Part shown: positions 1 to 13,318 of the stretch, piece by piece
How positions within the stretch are numbered: position 1 is the stretch's first letter
Layout of the letters: the number at the start of each line of letters is the position of its first letter
NCBI GenBank assembly: GCA_000934665.2
Contig: KZ538224.1
Coordinates: 248,001 to 312,000 of the forward strand
From: Catajapyx aquilonaris
Lineage: Eukaryota
Direction: 5' to 3'
DNA length: 64,000 nucleotides
Translations under genes and position numbers: made by a program
Notes under the pieces: model-generated
The model's database searches: none
Seen by the model: only the letters and a program-made list of their open reading frames with translations
What the model was told of the DNA's origin: nothing

Positions 1-1472
1 TTTTCTCGCAAATTTCGCCGCTTTTCAGCAACTTTTTTTTTCGCAATCTTTTGTGTGTTTGGTCTTTTTCTCATGCCCCTCCATGCCCCTAAGGGTATAA
101 CGGTCTTCAGCACAGGAATATTGCCATATGGTTTGTATGCATGTGTCCCCAACTAGGTTGCACTTCCGCCGGAATCTTGCATCAACCCACCAATTAATCA
201 CAAATTTCGCACACATGTAACGAAGGCCCATTTTTGTCCGTTTCCAGCTCCAGCCATCTGCAGGTCGAAAATCCTCAGAAAAAGGACCAAACCACATGTG
301 AGTACATCACTTCTCGCTTCCATCACTCTCTGACCCCACTTATTTCGTCGCCAAATCTGTAACCGGAGTATTTTTAGGCTCGTGTCGTACATGATATGCA
401 TATGATAACTTCCGGCAGAACTACATGCCATGGAAAGGAGGGGGAAAGATGGTGGGTTAGGAAAGGAGCTAAATATTCCTCCCAGTTTTAGGGGGTTGGG
501 GGAAGAAGAATCCTCTAACGAGACTGGTGGGTAGGGGAGCAAACACGCTGCGGTGCCGTGTGTTGACATGGATGACATGGGGGGAAGGGGAGATACCGGG
601 TGTGTCATAATGGGGACCTGAAGATCACTTTATGTAGAGGTGTCATTTGGTCCACGCAGCATCGTTACCCAGATAATGCCCTTTAAATATCCAGGCGATG
701 GAAGTGTCCTAGGCTATATCTGGAGGAGTAATTACCTGTGGTCAATGATCAAGCAATATGGCCCCACGTGTTATGCCAGGGATTGATCACATTGGGGTTC
801 CCCTCGTTCCTTTTGTGGGCCACGTGCGGCCGGGAGATGAGGGCGGCCCCGGGGTTTAATAGCCGGTTTTAATGGCACCCCCGAACTTGGATCTAGAGGG
901 AGGGAGAATTCCGAATGAGGATCTTCTTTCTCGTGAAGGAAAATAGTGGGGTTTGCGGCTGTTTCGAGGGATCAATTCCCCTGATCGAAATGCCACTCCG
1001 AATCTTGGCGATACCGTGAGTTAGAGCTAGGAAAGTATGATCCAATCACACCTTACTTTTTTTTTCGGCGCCATGAAGTGTTGCTGCGGGATAAACAATC
1101 CATATTTTCACCTTATGGTGCACCCTGTAAACCGCAACTGGCGTGGGGCAATCTCTCGGAAGTTGGCGCGTTTGGGGAAGCTGTAATTGCGCAGATGCAA
1201 GGGTGATTGCTTAACCAAACGACTGGCCAATAAAATGAGAGCTGGCCCCCTCCAAAAAAAAAAACCGAGGAACTCATTTCCTACATGGGTCCTTTCCTCG
1301 GCTTGGGTCCGCCATTACCATGATCAGCTGGCGTTGGCTTAATGGCTCCCATTCCGGATTGATAAAGGAGGAAATAAGCGCGTTGGGCACACCTGTAGAA
1401 CGTTAGCTAATGGCTATCCATGGGGGGATAGACTTTGCTCCACCCTTGGACACGACTGTAGGGGTGACTCAC

Positions 1473-1578
1473 CTGGCATGTCGGGGACCGACGCTGCCGG
1501 CGTCGTAGGCGGAGCTGGCGCTAATGTCGGCGTCTCCTATGGCGCCATTCTCCATGCCAAGGGCAGATTCGCACTGGA
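1473..1578 (-). CDS. Ddr: Discoidin domain receptor (DDR)-like gene, coding exon for the start of the discoidin/F5/8 type C domain
   Basis: Minus strand reads ...cacctgcag|TC CAG TGC GAA TCT GCC CTT GGC ATG...CAT GCC AG|gtgagt, giving a canonical acceptor and donor, 106 bp, phase 1 in and phase 2 out. The translation (V)QCESALGMENGAIGDADISASSAYDAGSVGPRHAR matches the recalled DDR N-terminal discoidin motif C-x-x-[AP]-LGM-x-x-G-x-I-x-D-x-DI-[ST]-ASS. The exon is too short for the ORF track. Confidence 0.9.
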
Positions 1579-2022
1579 CTGCAGGTGAACAGATAAAGGA
1601 TATTGTTAGCAAGGTTACGAAACAATACCGTGTGAGACAAAAGTCAGCTCAGATTCTTATACAATACCTGACCTGTTCTGGTTGGGCTATACCAGACTTT
1701 TAAAGGGTCTTTGTGTAGCTCTAGTTAATTACACAATTCCGGTTGGCTGCAGGCGATTAGCAAGATGGGAGCAAAAAAAGGGGGGCTGCGAAAATACGGG
1801 CAACATGATGCAAAAGAGTGTCTCGAGGCGACATCATCTAGCTTTACCCGAGACGTCGTCTGAGGCAGCCTCGTTTACTTAGCCTTCTCCCACTCCATTA
1901 TAAAGCGAATAACCCGGGGAAACCTCGTTACCGAATTACCAACAAAAGAGTAAAAAAGGAGCAAGTTCAGGGCGTCGTTAAGTTATCTCGGTGTTGCCAT
2001 ATCGCTCGCTCCCGATAAAGTG

Positions 2023-2048
2023 AGAGAGAGAGAGAGAGAGAGAGAGAG
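2023..2048. repeat. (GA)n microsatellite
   Basis: Directly visible GA run. Similar runs occur at ~2494-2517 (CT)n and ~26572-26602. Confidence 0.9.
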
Positions 2049-5000
2049 CTGCATGCAAATTGCTTCCAAGAAAGTATAAATCGACTCCCTTATCTGCACT
2101 TTCCTTGCAATTCATTTCCGATTCTATCACCTAATGTTCCAAGCTATAAGTAACCATCCCACCTCGCAGAAGACGTTGCACTAAACTATAGTGTTTCGCA
2201 AAAGAAAGACCTTGCGAAATGTGCTGGCTTGCTACGAGAATTAACTGTCAAGCCAACCAAGAGCCAAATGCTTTTGCGTGTTTCTCAAGTACATCTCTTT
2301 GTCTCTTGTGTTAATTTATTTGTAATTTTCGCAAAAAAATCGTAGTGGTCAAAAAATGGCTGCAATTAAGGCGATTCTGTGCAGTTGGTGACCAGTAACT
2401 GTTATTGCATGAACCTACTCCTAAATGATTTTTTTTTTGTAATGTTAATAGCCAGCGAGTAGTTTGCGTGGTCGAGAGGTCTGGATACGTCACTCTCTCT
2501 CTCTCTCTCTCTCTCTCGTCGTTACACACAACGTTCCGTGAATGGACTCTGCTCCTGGAAATCAATATTTGGATAGCAGTCCAGTTACACACGCATTTAA
2601 AAGCAGCAGGAGGAAGTGGCGTCCATGCAAACTCCCGGAGCAGACCTGGAAAATTCCGGAGAGAGAGAGACCAGGGGAAAAAACAGGACAAAAGACACGG
2701 TAGAGGGGGAGAGCCAACCAGAATAGTTGTAAAAATGGGTTGTCTCTGAGGGCTGCCTCACGTTTCTCCAAAAGAACTGCAATCGGGTTTGGACCCCCAA
2801 AGTTTCCCCGCAACTAGAGAGAGAGAGGAAAAAAAGTTTTTACGTTGAACACACCAGGCACGTCCGTACCGAAAGAACAAGTTCATGGTTCAATTTGCGT
2901 CCAAAGTATCTCTTTGAGTCCCGACGGACAAGCTTACAGTCTGTACCTAAAGAAACGATTTTTTTTTCAAGAGTCATGCGCGTTACACTTCTAGTGTCGA
3001 CCTGTGAGGTTCCAGTAACTGAAGTTGTTTTATTCAATTGTGGTCGAAATTAGGCTACCCTTTTTTCTGTGTCCGATTGATATGTCCAGAGCCGGACATA
3101 AGAGTCCCAAAGTCTCGTTCGGTGGTTCTTGGGAGGTACGGGTATGGCCTCCGGAACAACACACAAGAATAGGCAATTACACCTGCGGCCCAGGGCCCCA
3201 TTCAATCGCCGGCCATGGAAAAGGGGGGGCCGCCCCTGGAACTTTTACAACCCCGCGTCTCAACTTACGATGTCTCTTAATGTCGCAATAAAGCCGAGCG
3301 TAATTGAAAATTCCGGCTTCTGGGAGGGGTGGGCCAGGCTGGAATACAGGATGAGGAGTGTTGCTCTCTGTGGACATCATGAACGACGAAAGACCGGCCT
3401 AATTAACGGCCCCGTGTGAACCCGGTGCCAAGGACTATTTTATGCAACCGACATCATCCTTTTTAGCGTGTGTGTGTGTATATATAAGACAAAGTTTTCT
3501 CTGCCGGCTTGTGCTGCTGCACTTGTGAAATATGGGTAATTCTAGAAATCGCTAGTTGTTGGAACGCTCTAAGGGGCCCGCCGAAGCGGGGCCATTTGTC
3601 ATGCTGGGATGCCGCCTAATCTACAACTTCCAAAAGCATCTCTGCTCCATCGCTCATTTGCGGCCATAATTGGTTGTGTTCTGGTTGGGAAGGGAGAATG
3701 CACACCCGCACAAGCACAATTGTTGTCCGGGTTACTCGGGGCGCACGTTATGCGCTCTCGGAAAATTTTGCAGTTAATCAAGTAACTTGTGAAAAAAAAA
3801 CGAAAGCAAACCTGCTGGCTATTTTATAAAATTTATAACCAAAATATCAATTCCAGTTTACTGTTTACAACAATAATTGTCAAAGTTCGGTGCATCCGCT
3901 CAACTTACGTATGATACATACAGTCAAGCTGAAGTTTGTTCCTAAATCTAACGTTGTCCTGTATATGCCAAGTTGGCAATTACACAGTACGTATGCTGGC
4001 AACAGCAGAAGTTCCATATGTCATAACCGCTTTAATTAGCATAACTGCATTGTTACTCGTAACCAATTACTGGATAACTTTGGAAGATGACTTATTATTG
4101 TCACTTTCGTGCTGGAAGGCCTGGTAAATAATGGCCTGGTATTCGTGTTTGCATAAGATTTTTTTTGCGTACATTAACAATTTTTCACATTATATTGAGC
4201 TCACTACGGCTCTCAGTTCAGTTATTGACAAATCCAGGCTGCATTGTGTTTGAAGAAAAAAAATCCAGAGGTGGTGGCTTTCCAAATTGTAATTAGCAAA
4301 AGCCCTCATTGTCCAGCCTTTTGTTTCCACTTCTCATGTCGATCCAGTACTGCTTTCTCAAACAAATCTGGAGCAGAGGAAAAAAATACAGGGTCGAGGC
4401 ATTCATAACACTGAATTCCCTCCATTGTTTGTTCCATAAAAGAAGGTCCGGCGTTAAGGGGAAAACCGTTGTATACATGAAGGGCTGGCTGGCCCGTGAT
4501 TCAAAAGCCAAAGAGTTACAATGGACCAGGGGGCAAAGTAGCAGAGGCCACATAATTAGACCCTCGGGATTTCAACACACACAAGTAAAATGGCTGAATC
4601 ACAGTGGGAGGTTGTATGTGTGTGTGTGTGTCAGGGTTTGACACGTGTCTGTACCGCCACACAGCCTCGGTGTGGACCAAACGTGCCGGGGGTTTGTTTG
4701 AACTCGAGTCTTTCTCTTTTTGATGACAGTTGACGTCGGATACTGAATTCAGCATGATTCGCACAATTTACTCAGCCGGAACTTGGAGATGTCGCGTAGT
4801 AGTAAGTGAATTGCACTTTTCGCTAAAATAATTACCGGGAGCCTAACCGGTCGCAGATGCCAATATTCCGCGACATAAAGCAAAATTCCTCCCATTGCTT
4901 TCTCCGACTCAAAGGGAATCCTTCTTTACGTGCTGGGGCTAAGCAAAGTGGATTAAGTCTTCTCTCAGGTGTCACTCTTCTTTGCTCTCAGGTCCAGCCT

Positions 5001-6023
5001 TTTTCTCTTTTTTAACCTTTAATGCAGTCTACATGCACAGAATTCCATCTCCGTTTGAACCTGACAAAAAGAGAGAAAATCCCTTTAAAGCTAGATGGGG
5101 AGAGGCTGCCTTGGAATTATCCCCAGCTTCTTCTTGAATATTCCAGGAGCCCTTCCCAAAATGTCTCATTTACCGGGGAAGCCTGGCTCCGTTTCTTGAC
5201 GGAACAGACACTTCCACCTGGGAATCTTGACTCGGCAAGGCGTTGTATAATAAAAGTAGTCAAAGGGGGTAAGGGTTGTTTGCCCTGGGAGCAAGCCCCC
5301 AGTCTTCTTAATCAATAATTAAGGAGGTTGCGTGCAGGCGTCAAGCAAGGGCATGAAAAGCAACACCCATATTTTCCTTAAGATTAAAACTGGGGTCAAA
5401 GGGAGGATGACCTCGACATTAAAAATAACAGGGTGGGCTTCAAGGGTTTAATGGCAGTGTGAGCAACTTTTACGAATTGAGACGCAGCCTGTCTTCTGAG
5501 AGCAAGTGGTCAAATATGTATAAGACGAGGCGGGCTCGACCTTAATTGATGGACGGAGGTTGGTGCCAAAAATTTTAGTTGGGCTGGTTTGGCACCAGTA
5601 TAAAACTTTACAGATAATGTGGACTGACAAAAGTGGGTTTCGTGACTTGGCTTTTGTTGCTGCTTTTTGAGACTTGTCTGGATGTGGAGAGATATTACTT
5701 CCTTTTTGGCAAACGGGTTGACATCTTCAGATCAATCAAGTTGTCTTATGACGCCGGTTCATATACACGCGGTGTCACGAGTAAAGCCGTGTGGGGTTTA
5801 GGTCAGCGTGACTGACTGCGACATGTGATGAAGCAAAAGCTCAAAATGTGCAATAATTTTTCATGAAATTCGAAATTTAACGAGACATGTTTGAAAAATG
5901 GGTATGCATTTTGCAAATTGGAAGCGATTGCAGCGAAAAGTCGTGAAAAATTATTTTCCTTGCCTTTCCAACACTATCTCGCACACAAAAAAATCTCATT
6001 AACCAGAGAAAATATTTCAATTA

Positions 6024-6196
6024 CCCGTCAATTGGGGTGAGATTGTGCCAGTGGCGTATTTTGGGGCAAAAGTACGCCCTACTGGCAGCAAGTGAATTTA
6101 GGCATGTTTCACCACAATGAAGGATGGTCATGATGAGTAAAATTTGCGGACTGTTGTCAAAAAATTACCTGGCACAATCTCACCCCAACTGACTGG
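6024..6196. mobile_element. MITE with ~28-bp TIRs and TA target duplication (Tc1/mariner-pogo-like)
   Basis: TA|CCCGTCAATTGGGGTGAGATTGTGCCAG ... CTGGCACAATCTCACCCCAACTGACTGG|TA; the TIRs differ at 2 positions. Confidence 0.85.
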
Positions 6197-7074
6197 TATT
6201 TTATACATTTATTACATACCCATGGCTCGAGGGTCTGTGGGAGCGACACGACCGAACAAAATATTTCAAAACATGTTCATATTTCTGTGGCAACACTACA
6301 ATTTTATAGGTGACGGTGCGTGACAATGCCCGAACAACAAGCGTGAAATAATTCCACACGAATAGTTTTGTGTGCAACACCTGGACCACACGCATTCGAA
6401 TACACGCATACCAATCACGGGCCCCTCTTGTCGTTCGGTATACACTGGTTTGTCTGGCTCGCACGAATTTTCGGTCGTTGACAAAAGGGGGACAGCCAAA
6501 CGTCTCGAACGCTGCACAGCACGGGATGAATATTCATCGGGGTGTGAGGAGAGACAATGCAGAGATACATGGACGGAGACAAAGGAGACGGAGAAAATAT
6601 TGCGCGCCAGATAAGTTGAGGTGGTGTTGGGTTGGGGGGGATTTATGGTCCTGAAGGGGTGTTATTGGTTGGAGCTTGAAGAGGGATGTCTTCAAGAACC
6701 TTCTTTTTTGTGCTCACGTGGAAAGAGAGAAAATGAGAAAAAGAGATTGGTTGCTCAGAAACGTCTTCAGGTCGGAGTCGGGAGGCTGCTGCCTATATAC
6801 TATCTGGGATGATATCTGGTAATCTGGCCGTAAATTATTGTTACTGCGGCCTTGCTGAAAACTGGTCGTGATGCCCGCCCGTTTATCAACGTTATGTACA
6901 GTACCCGAAAACGCTGTGTGCTCGGTGAGCCGCACAATATTTCTGGCTTCGGGACGATCAGAAACAGGCACCGGGTTTCGGGGCTCTTTCTGTGCTCTAC
7001 TAGACACGAAATCTATGGCCCAAGTCTAAAGGTAACAATTCTGGAATTAAAGCCTTATACTATAATACGAGGTA

Positions 7075-7210
7075 TCCCTTAAAAAATTCGAGTGAAAATG
7101 TCACTCAAAAAATGAGTAGTTTCGCAAAATGCTCCTTTTGAGCGAATTTCATTCCAAAAAGATTTACTTAACTCACATCGAGTGGAAAATTACTCAAAAT
7201 ATTTATTGTG
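7075..7210 (-). mobile_element. Internally deleted copy of the CACTCT-terminal, GAGTG/CACTC-rich MITE family
   Basis: 7077-7150 is the reverse complement of ~54690-54760 (ttaaaaaa(t)tcgagtgaaaat.tcactcaaaaa.gag.a.tttcgcaaaatg). Ends ...GTG|TA at 7210. Confidence 0.7.
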
Positions 7211-9443
7211 TATATGACAAAAATATGGATCAAAATATGTATAAGAAAAATTGCACGAAAATATTTGCAAGTTTTTAGTGCTTCAAATGAATACAATGGA
7301 TTAATGGAGTGCGAAATAATTTTGATTTTAATTGGTGTAGCATTATGCAGATTAGGCTGTGCTGTTCATTAAAACTGATATTAAATAAATCCAATGATAC
7401 TTGTGGCACAGTGTGATATCACTTCAAATGGGGGATATTACAATATGGAAAACCGCACACATTTTTATTAAATGTTAATTATCATAATACGTGATTTAAA
7501 ATCGTCCCTCGTGTGTACCACTTCCATATAAATGACATTTAAAAATCTCCTAATTACCGATCGCCTACAAAAATTGAAAATATCTCATCATTTTTATATA
7601 TAATACGTTTTTCAATTCACACACGCAGGTACTTATTGTACCAAAAGTGCTGCCTATACAAATTCTTCATACTTTACTGCCTGGTTGGAATTTTAACATA
7701 TTCAGCTTATTAATTATTAATTATTTTGCTTGCGGTCTTATCCGCGATGTCTGCCTCATTTGTAGAGAAGCGACGTGACTGGGTTTGTGTTTCGGTTTGG
7801 TTTGCACCATATTAATTTAATTTTGCTAAAAGTTTGATATCTCAGCCGGGTAATGTGTCTACCTTGATTTCGCTTGTTTCGTTCAATTTCTTTTTAAACT
7901 GTTTCTGCCAGCGATTTTGAAACCTTCCCTTTCCTATATGCCGCCTGCAAAACCAGACGTCCATTAAATATGAATAACTCCTCAGTCTCGTGTATCCTAC
8001 GCAGGGAAAACTGAATAGTTCAGCAATCAGACGCGGGGTGAAATTTTCCTACTTTTTTTTGGGTCTGAACTCAAGACAAGAGAGGAAGAGGAGGGGAAAC
8101 TGACGCCACCTAACTTATTCATTGCCCTTCCTTTGTTCTTGTTGCAAGCCCCCCTATACATGCACCAAGTTGCTGATAAACACTTTTTTTAAAGCCTCCC
8201 CCTGAATTTGGGAAGCCCGTTTGCATAATTTGTGCAACTTCGCATTGTTTCACCTTGAATATCGACCGAATTCCTACGACTTTGTTAGCCCAAGTTTGGG
8301 CCATATTTTTTCAAATATATATATTTGGGGGGGGGGGGGGGAAAACNGGGGATGGGGGATTTTGCTCTTTGAGCATTCAGAGAGAGAGAGCCGGTTGCTG
8401 TAATAACTAAACAGGGCGTGAGTTGGAAATATTTTGTTGGAGGGTTAGGGGAGGGGGGGAAGCTAGATCGGTGTCAGAGAAGAGGTTGCAAAAGCTAGTC
8501 CCGAGTGTGGTTTTCGCTATGCCGGGAACGCGAATATTAAATTATTAATTATGCCGCTTTAACCCTCCCTCTTTTGCTGGGTACGAATCGATACAGTCTC
8601 TGGGCTTGGGCCCCTCTGAAATCACTGTCCTGGTCACAATTTAGGATCGGAACTATTTTTTTTCCCGCCCGAGGCCAAAAACCTGCCTTGAATGGTTGGA
8701 ACGCCGGATTCAAAATAGGCGAGGAAGAAACTCCTGGAGAATTTCGTTTGTCTGGAAGCTGGCCAGGTGATAATTCTCGCCTCTTTGACTCACTTTTGTG
8801 TGTTTGGAAGCACCTTTTAGAGTGCCCTTTTGCTTTTCAGGAGGCCTTGTTATTGTTGTTTACCAAACGTTGCATGCGGGTTGATTTATCTCAGCATTAA
8901 AGCTTTTGTTGCCTCTTTACAAAAGAGAGGCATGTATCGATTTACATGAAGCGGAGATCAAAGAGAACTTTGTTGCAAGGCTAAGAACATACAGCAAGGT
9001 TCATTAATTCTGATGGTAATAGTAAATACTAGGGGGGGTAATCACCATGTTTGTTGCTATCGGGTTTAATGGCGCAGGGGGTATTTTATATACCCGATTA
9101 ATGTAGTGTTTAATAAATCGCGTGGTGGGGGTAACGCGCACTTCACACTTGAAAATCATACTAATAGTGCGTTTAAAGAACCTAAAACGCACGCTACGTT
9201 TGCCAGGTGGCATGTAATTTAATGCGAAATTGCGGGACATTAGCATAGATTTGAATTAATACTACACAGGCTCCATTTTTGCCTTGTTGCACTTCCACAT
9301 TTCGTGTTAACATTTACGCGACTGTAACTAATGAAATTGCCCGGGCTTAATAGCTCATTGGTTAACATTGTATAGGATCGGTTTTCGATTATTCCCAATG
9401 TTTCACTACCAAAAAGAAAAATATTTTGCTGCTATATACTGTA

Positions 9444-9753
9444 CACTCTAAAGATTTTCGAGTGTTTTCCACTCTTCATTCTTCCTCCTACTTGATTTGA
9501 TTCCCACTATTTTTGAGTGGAATCACTCGATCGCTCGAGAAAAATATTTTCACTCAAACTAATCGATCACTTCGTTCTAATTGAGTGGATTTTCCGCTCA
9601 TAATTTGAGATTCGTGGACCAATGAAATAGTATAGTGTTTCACTCATTTTCGAGTAATTTTCCACTCTATTTGAATTACAGTGAGTAACTCTTTGCGGAG
9701 CAAAATTCACTCGAAAGAAAAGCATTTTGCCAAATTCCTAATTTTTAAAGAGA
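9444..9753 (+). mobile_element. CACTCT-terminal MITE (possibly CMC/EnSpm-like), copy 1
   Basis: Starts TA|CACTCTAAAGATTTTCGAGTGTTTT and is colinear with 54478-54762. The interior is built from many GAGTG...CACTC mini-palindromes. The right end is degenerate. Confidence 0.75.
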
Positions 9754-12033
9754 GATACACGTGTATATAGCTTGTTGACATCCCTTGGCCTGGAAGCATC
9801 TCTCTGAGAGCTTCTGCATCCGTATCATGGGGATTCCATCGCTCGTTTTCGGCACTGCTAACAGCCTATTAGCTAGAAATCTGCTGGAGTCTTAATAATG
9901 GGCACGCAGCAGCATCGCAGTTTCTCCCCACCCAAATGCGATGACATGTTGACGTGGAAGTAATTACCATCTTTGGCTTCTGAAAAAGGGGAGCAGACCC
10001 CCGTGTATATACGCTTGGAACAGGGTGTGACCCTAAAATTACATAATTGAGGTTGTCACAGGGGACCGTGGTACAACAGGCGACAAAAAGTGCAGGCTAG
10101 CCTGTCGATGAATGGTATGAACGTTGCACGAGACGTGATTAATAGTCATCCAAGATACCCAGTAATAGGATAGCGTGCTCGATCCACTAAGATTATGGTA
10201 GGCGGTAATTTAAAATCCATGTACAATTTTCAACCGAATTTTAGAGCGGCTAATTTGGAGGCGGGTTAACAATTAATGTCGGGCCAAATTCCTTACATTT
10301 TTTAAGAGGAAGAAGCCGCTTAAGTATAATCTTTGCTTGACAAATGCGGCCGGTTATTCACGCCTGTCTTCATCTCTTTATCCAACATTCAGGGGCGTAG
10401 TCCAAGTGCCGCGGCGGCTTCTTTTTTTTTTCGGCGGGGGTCACACCAAATGACTTGTTTCCCAATGACTTATTTCCCGAGCCGGTTCTCTCAACCAATG
10501 AAACTTTTATCAAGAGCTCTCTCTCTCTCCCCTCTCTACCCACTGCTACTTCTCTCCAAACTGCCGGCATGCCCTCCCAGGCATGATGCAAGGATGTAAT
10601 GAGATAATGAATATGTAATGGGGAAAACCCCTCCCCCTCTAGTTTCGCGTGGTAGAAATTGAGATGAAGAGAGAAGTTTTGCACCTCGCCGAGAGATTTG
10701 TTTCAAAATTAATTACCATTTTTTTCCTAGGTACTATCTTGCCAAACAAGGTGGTTGGCGCCATATTGCGCCTTGGGCCTGTAATTTTCGGAGAGAATTA
10801 ATTTAATTCGACTGAATGGGCGGCGGGACAAAAGTGTGACGAATTCATGCAGCTCTTGGGACCTTCGCTGCAACCCCTTACGTTTTTTCCAATCCCTCGA
10901 GGCTCGTCTGTCTTCATTGTTGAAGCCTGGCCCTACTATACACCCCATGCCCCCACGAACCCCCTAGTGATATAGTCACGACCACTGCAGCAGTGCCCAA
11001 TTTTGGATCTACGATCGCTTCCACGGGTGTGTCCAGAGACCACCTTTTCCCCACACTGGACATTGCTCACTCTGATTTAGGTAGAGAATTAGCCGCGAAT
11101 TGTGGGCCACCTCCCCAGAGGGTTTCCTTTAGCGCGGTACTATTTTCCTGCCTACAGCACTATCGTATGGACTCTTTACAGAACATATTTTTCCCCTTCC
11201 TGTAAAAAGTACAGGGTGCAGACTCCGCACCTATTCATTATGCCGGATCCAATATCCGCAAATAACTGCCCGTGAATCATAATGAAGCAATAATGGTAAA
11301 AAAATAGAGAAGTTGACCTCTGGATACTCGATAAGAGGGCCTTGTAAACAGGAAGTCAGATTAGACGTGGCGGAGAAAGTCCTCGCATTGATTTACGACC
11401 GGTTTGAATAATGAAAACGGCTCCAGACCCAGAGGGGTCAAGCTCCTTCAGATAAAGAGAGGTGGTCAGCGATTAGTAACGCCGATTCCGCACCGTTTAT
11501 GGCCCACCCTCACCCGCTGATTAAATTGAGCGGAAAATTACGGCTTTGATTACAGTATTAGAGCTCCAGCTCTCTCGCTGGGAATATAAGTCCTCTGGAG
11601 AGGTGTTTGCCTTCGATAGTGCGAGGTGTCACATCCAGAAGCACTTTGCAGGTGATGCATTCCACTGAAAACAGAACTATTCCCGCCGGATTTATCGGGA
11701 GGCTTCTAATTCAGATGGAGATTTGCTTAAGCGTTATAAGTAGCCGCTATAACTGACAGTTGCTATTCGTCGAAGCTTTTTTCAGCTTGGTTTTAAACCT
11801 GGCAAAATAACCGTTATTTGCAGCCGTTACACATGATAGCAGTTAGCTTGGTTTTAAAGGAAACACACTTCCAAGTTCCAACATAGCTCGACTCGTGTAA
11901 TTAATTAATTAATTAAATGTAATAGATACATCTACATAATTATATAGAAGGAAAAGGTCATTTGTCCAGGTTTTGAAATAATGAATTTTAAAAATATAAG
12001 GCTGTCGAAATAAATGGATATGCGACGACTTAC

Positions 12034-12127
12034 CGAGTTCAAGGGCAGAGAGACGCTCCCAGTGCAGCATCAGGACCAAAAGGATGAAGTCCAAGCAGAG
12101 CATCCAGTGATGGCCCGCCGTCCACAT
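12034..12127 (-). CDS. Ddr: DDR-like gene, first coding exon (signal peptide)
   Basis: ATG at 12127-12125 with an in-frame TGA upstream. Encodes MWTAGHHWMLCLDFILLVLMLHWERLSALEL plus one G, with a hydrophobic core and an LSA|LEL-type cleavage site. Ends at a consensus donor G|GTAAGT in phase 1, which joins in frame to the 1578 exon (G+TC=Val), giving ...LSALELVQCESALGM. Confidence 0.85.
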
Positions 12128-12299
12128 GCTTCTCCTTCGCGACTTGTCCTCACATAGTCTGCTCACTGGTCACTCCCACCCGCACCATTACTTCTTCTCT
12201 TTCTGGCTACTCCCCTCCTCTTCCTCTCTCCCTCACTATACAAAAGTCCAGTGCAAAAATGTATTTTTGTTCACCGAAAATCCTTTGGGCTCGCGTCAA

Positions 12300-12580
12300 A
12301 CCCCGCCCCTGGAGAGGTGCGTGTCCCGCCAAGCTCTCGTGCTGCACCAGGAAGCGGAAACTCCAGCACTCGCACCCGGTACTTTGCCAGTGTCACTCAT
12401 TTCAGCTGCCGGGGCCACTAATTGTCACTCTGAGTCGCCCAGGGAATGTAGGCGGGTCCACCACAAAAAAAAATGCAGCAGCAGGTGGAGGATTCCCAAG
12501 CAAAAGCAGGCAGCGCTGAAAGGTACAGAAGGACAAGGGGGCGGTCATCAAGGGCGGCCAATGACCCACATATCGATCAC
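12300..12580 (-). promoter_or_regulatory. Possible proximal promoter or 5'UTR region of the DDR-like gene
   Basis: GC-rich stretch just upstream of the ATG exon, with GC boxes (CCCCGCCCC 12301-12309; GGGCGG near 12539 and 12552), CCAAT at 12558-12562 and a DRE-like TATCGATC at 12571-12578. Motif evidence only; the TSS is unknown. Confidence 0.3.
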
Positions 12581-12766
12581 TATGTAGGTATAGGGTACGC
12601 TTCCGATACGATTTACTTAGGGCATTCCGGGTAGTACCATGTCCCTCACATGGATGTCGCACACTACTTGGCACCAATGGTATCGTACTGGTGACGCCAC
12701 CAGTACGAGCACTGCACTACTCTCACCCTGGACAACCAGAAGCACAGACTCCCAATTCTCTGTATA

Positions 12767-13318
12767 CAGTTTTATCAGGATATAACAGCTTCGGCTGTAA
12801 CATACTTTCGGTTATAACAGACTCGATGGCTGGCCTCGGAAGATTTCCATGAGGCCCTGTGTACTTTAACTATTGATATAACATACTCATTTTCATCTCA
12901 CCTCGGGTATAAGAGACCTCTGTGGGAAAATATGCTGCTTTTGATTATACTCAGCCTCCTTTCCCACGCGAGAAAAGCACTGCATAATATGGGGTAATTT
13001 CCCCATCTGTCACTGAGCTAATCATCGGCTGAAATGGTCAAAATCATACTTATTATGGTATATTATTTTGGCAAGGACGAGACGGTAGAAGAAAATGACA
13101 ATTTTTTTAGTTCCTGTCTATAAGTTACAGATGAACTAATTTTTGCATGTTTATGGATAGTTTCATTAATCAGCATGTAGTAGTGTGCATTATAAGCATA
13201 ATATGAAAGCAGAAAACTTGGTGTTTTTGTTGCAAAAGTGGCGATATGGCGATAGACTTCGGTTATAACAGATTGATTTTCTGGGCCCCTTGAAGTCTGT
13301 TATATCCGGATTCAACTT
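12767..13318. mobile_element. pogo/Tigger-like non-autonomous DNA transposon, copy 1
   Basis: TA|CAGTTTTATCAGGATATAACAG ... CTGTTATATCCGGATTCAACT(-)TA termini, with repeated CGGTTATAACAG subterminal motifs. The interior aligns with 26761-27460. Confidence 0.8.

Larger units (their letters stand above)
1579..12033 (-). other. Phase-1 GT-AG intron of the DDR-like gene (10,455 bp)
   Basis: GTAAGT donor at 12033 and CAG acceptor ending at 1579. Phases are compatible and I found no intervening coding exon. Confidence 0.75.

Noticed and set aside
3574..3592. GC-rich hairpin GGCCCGCCGAAGCGGGGCC resembling a Helitron terminator
   Set aside because: No CTRR at the expected distance downstream and no matching 5' end or second copy found.
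11909..12166. 85-aa ORF as a standalone gene
   Set aside because: It starts at GTG and reads through the GTAAGT donor into the intron. Only 12127-12034 is supported as coding.
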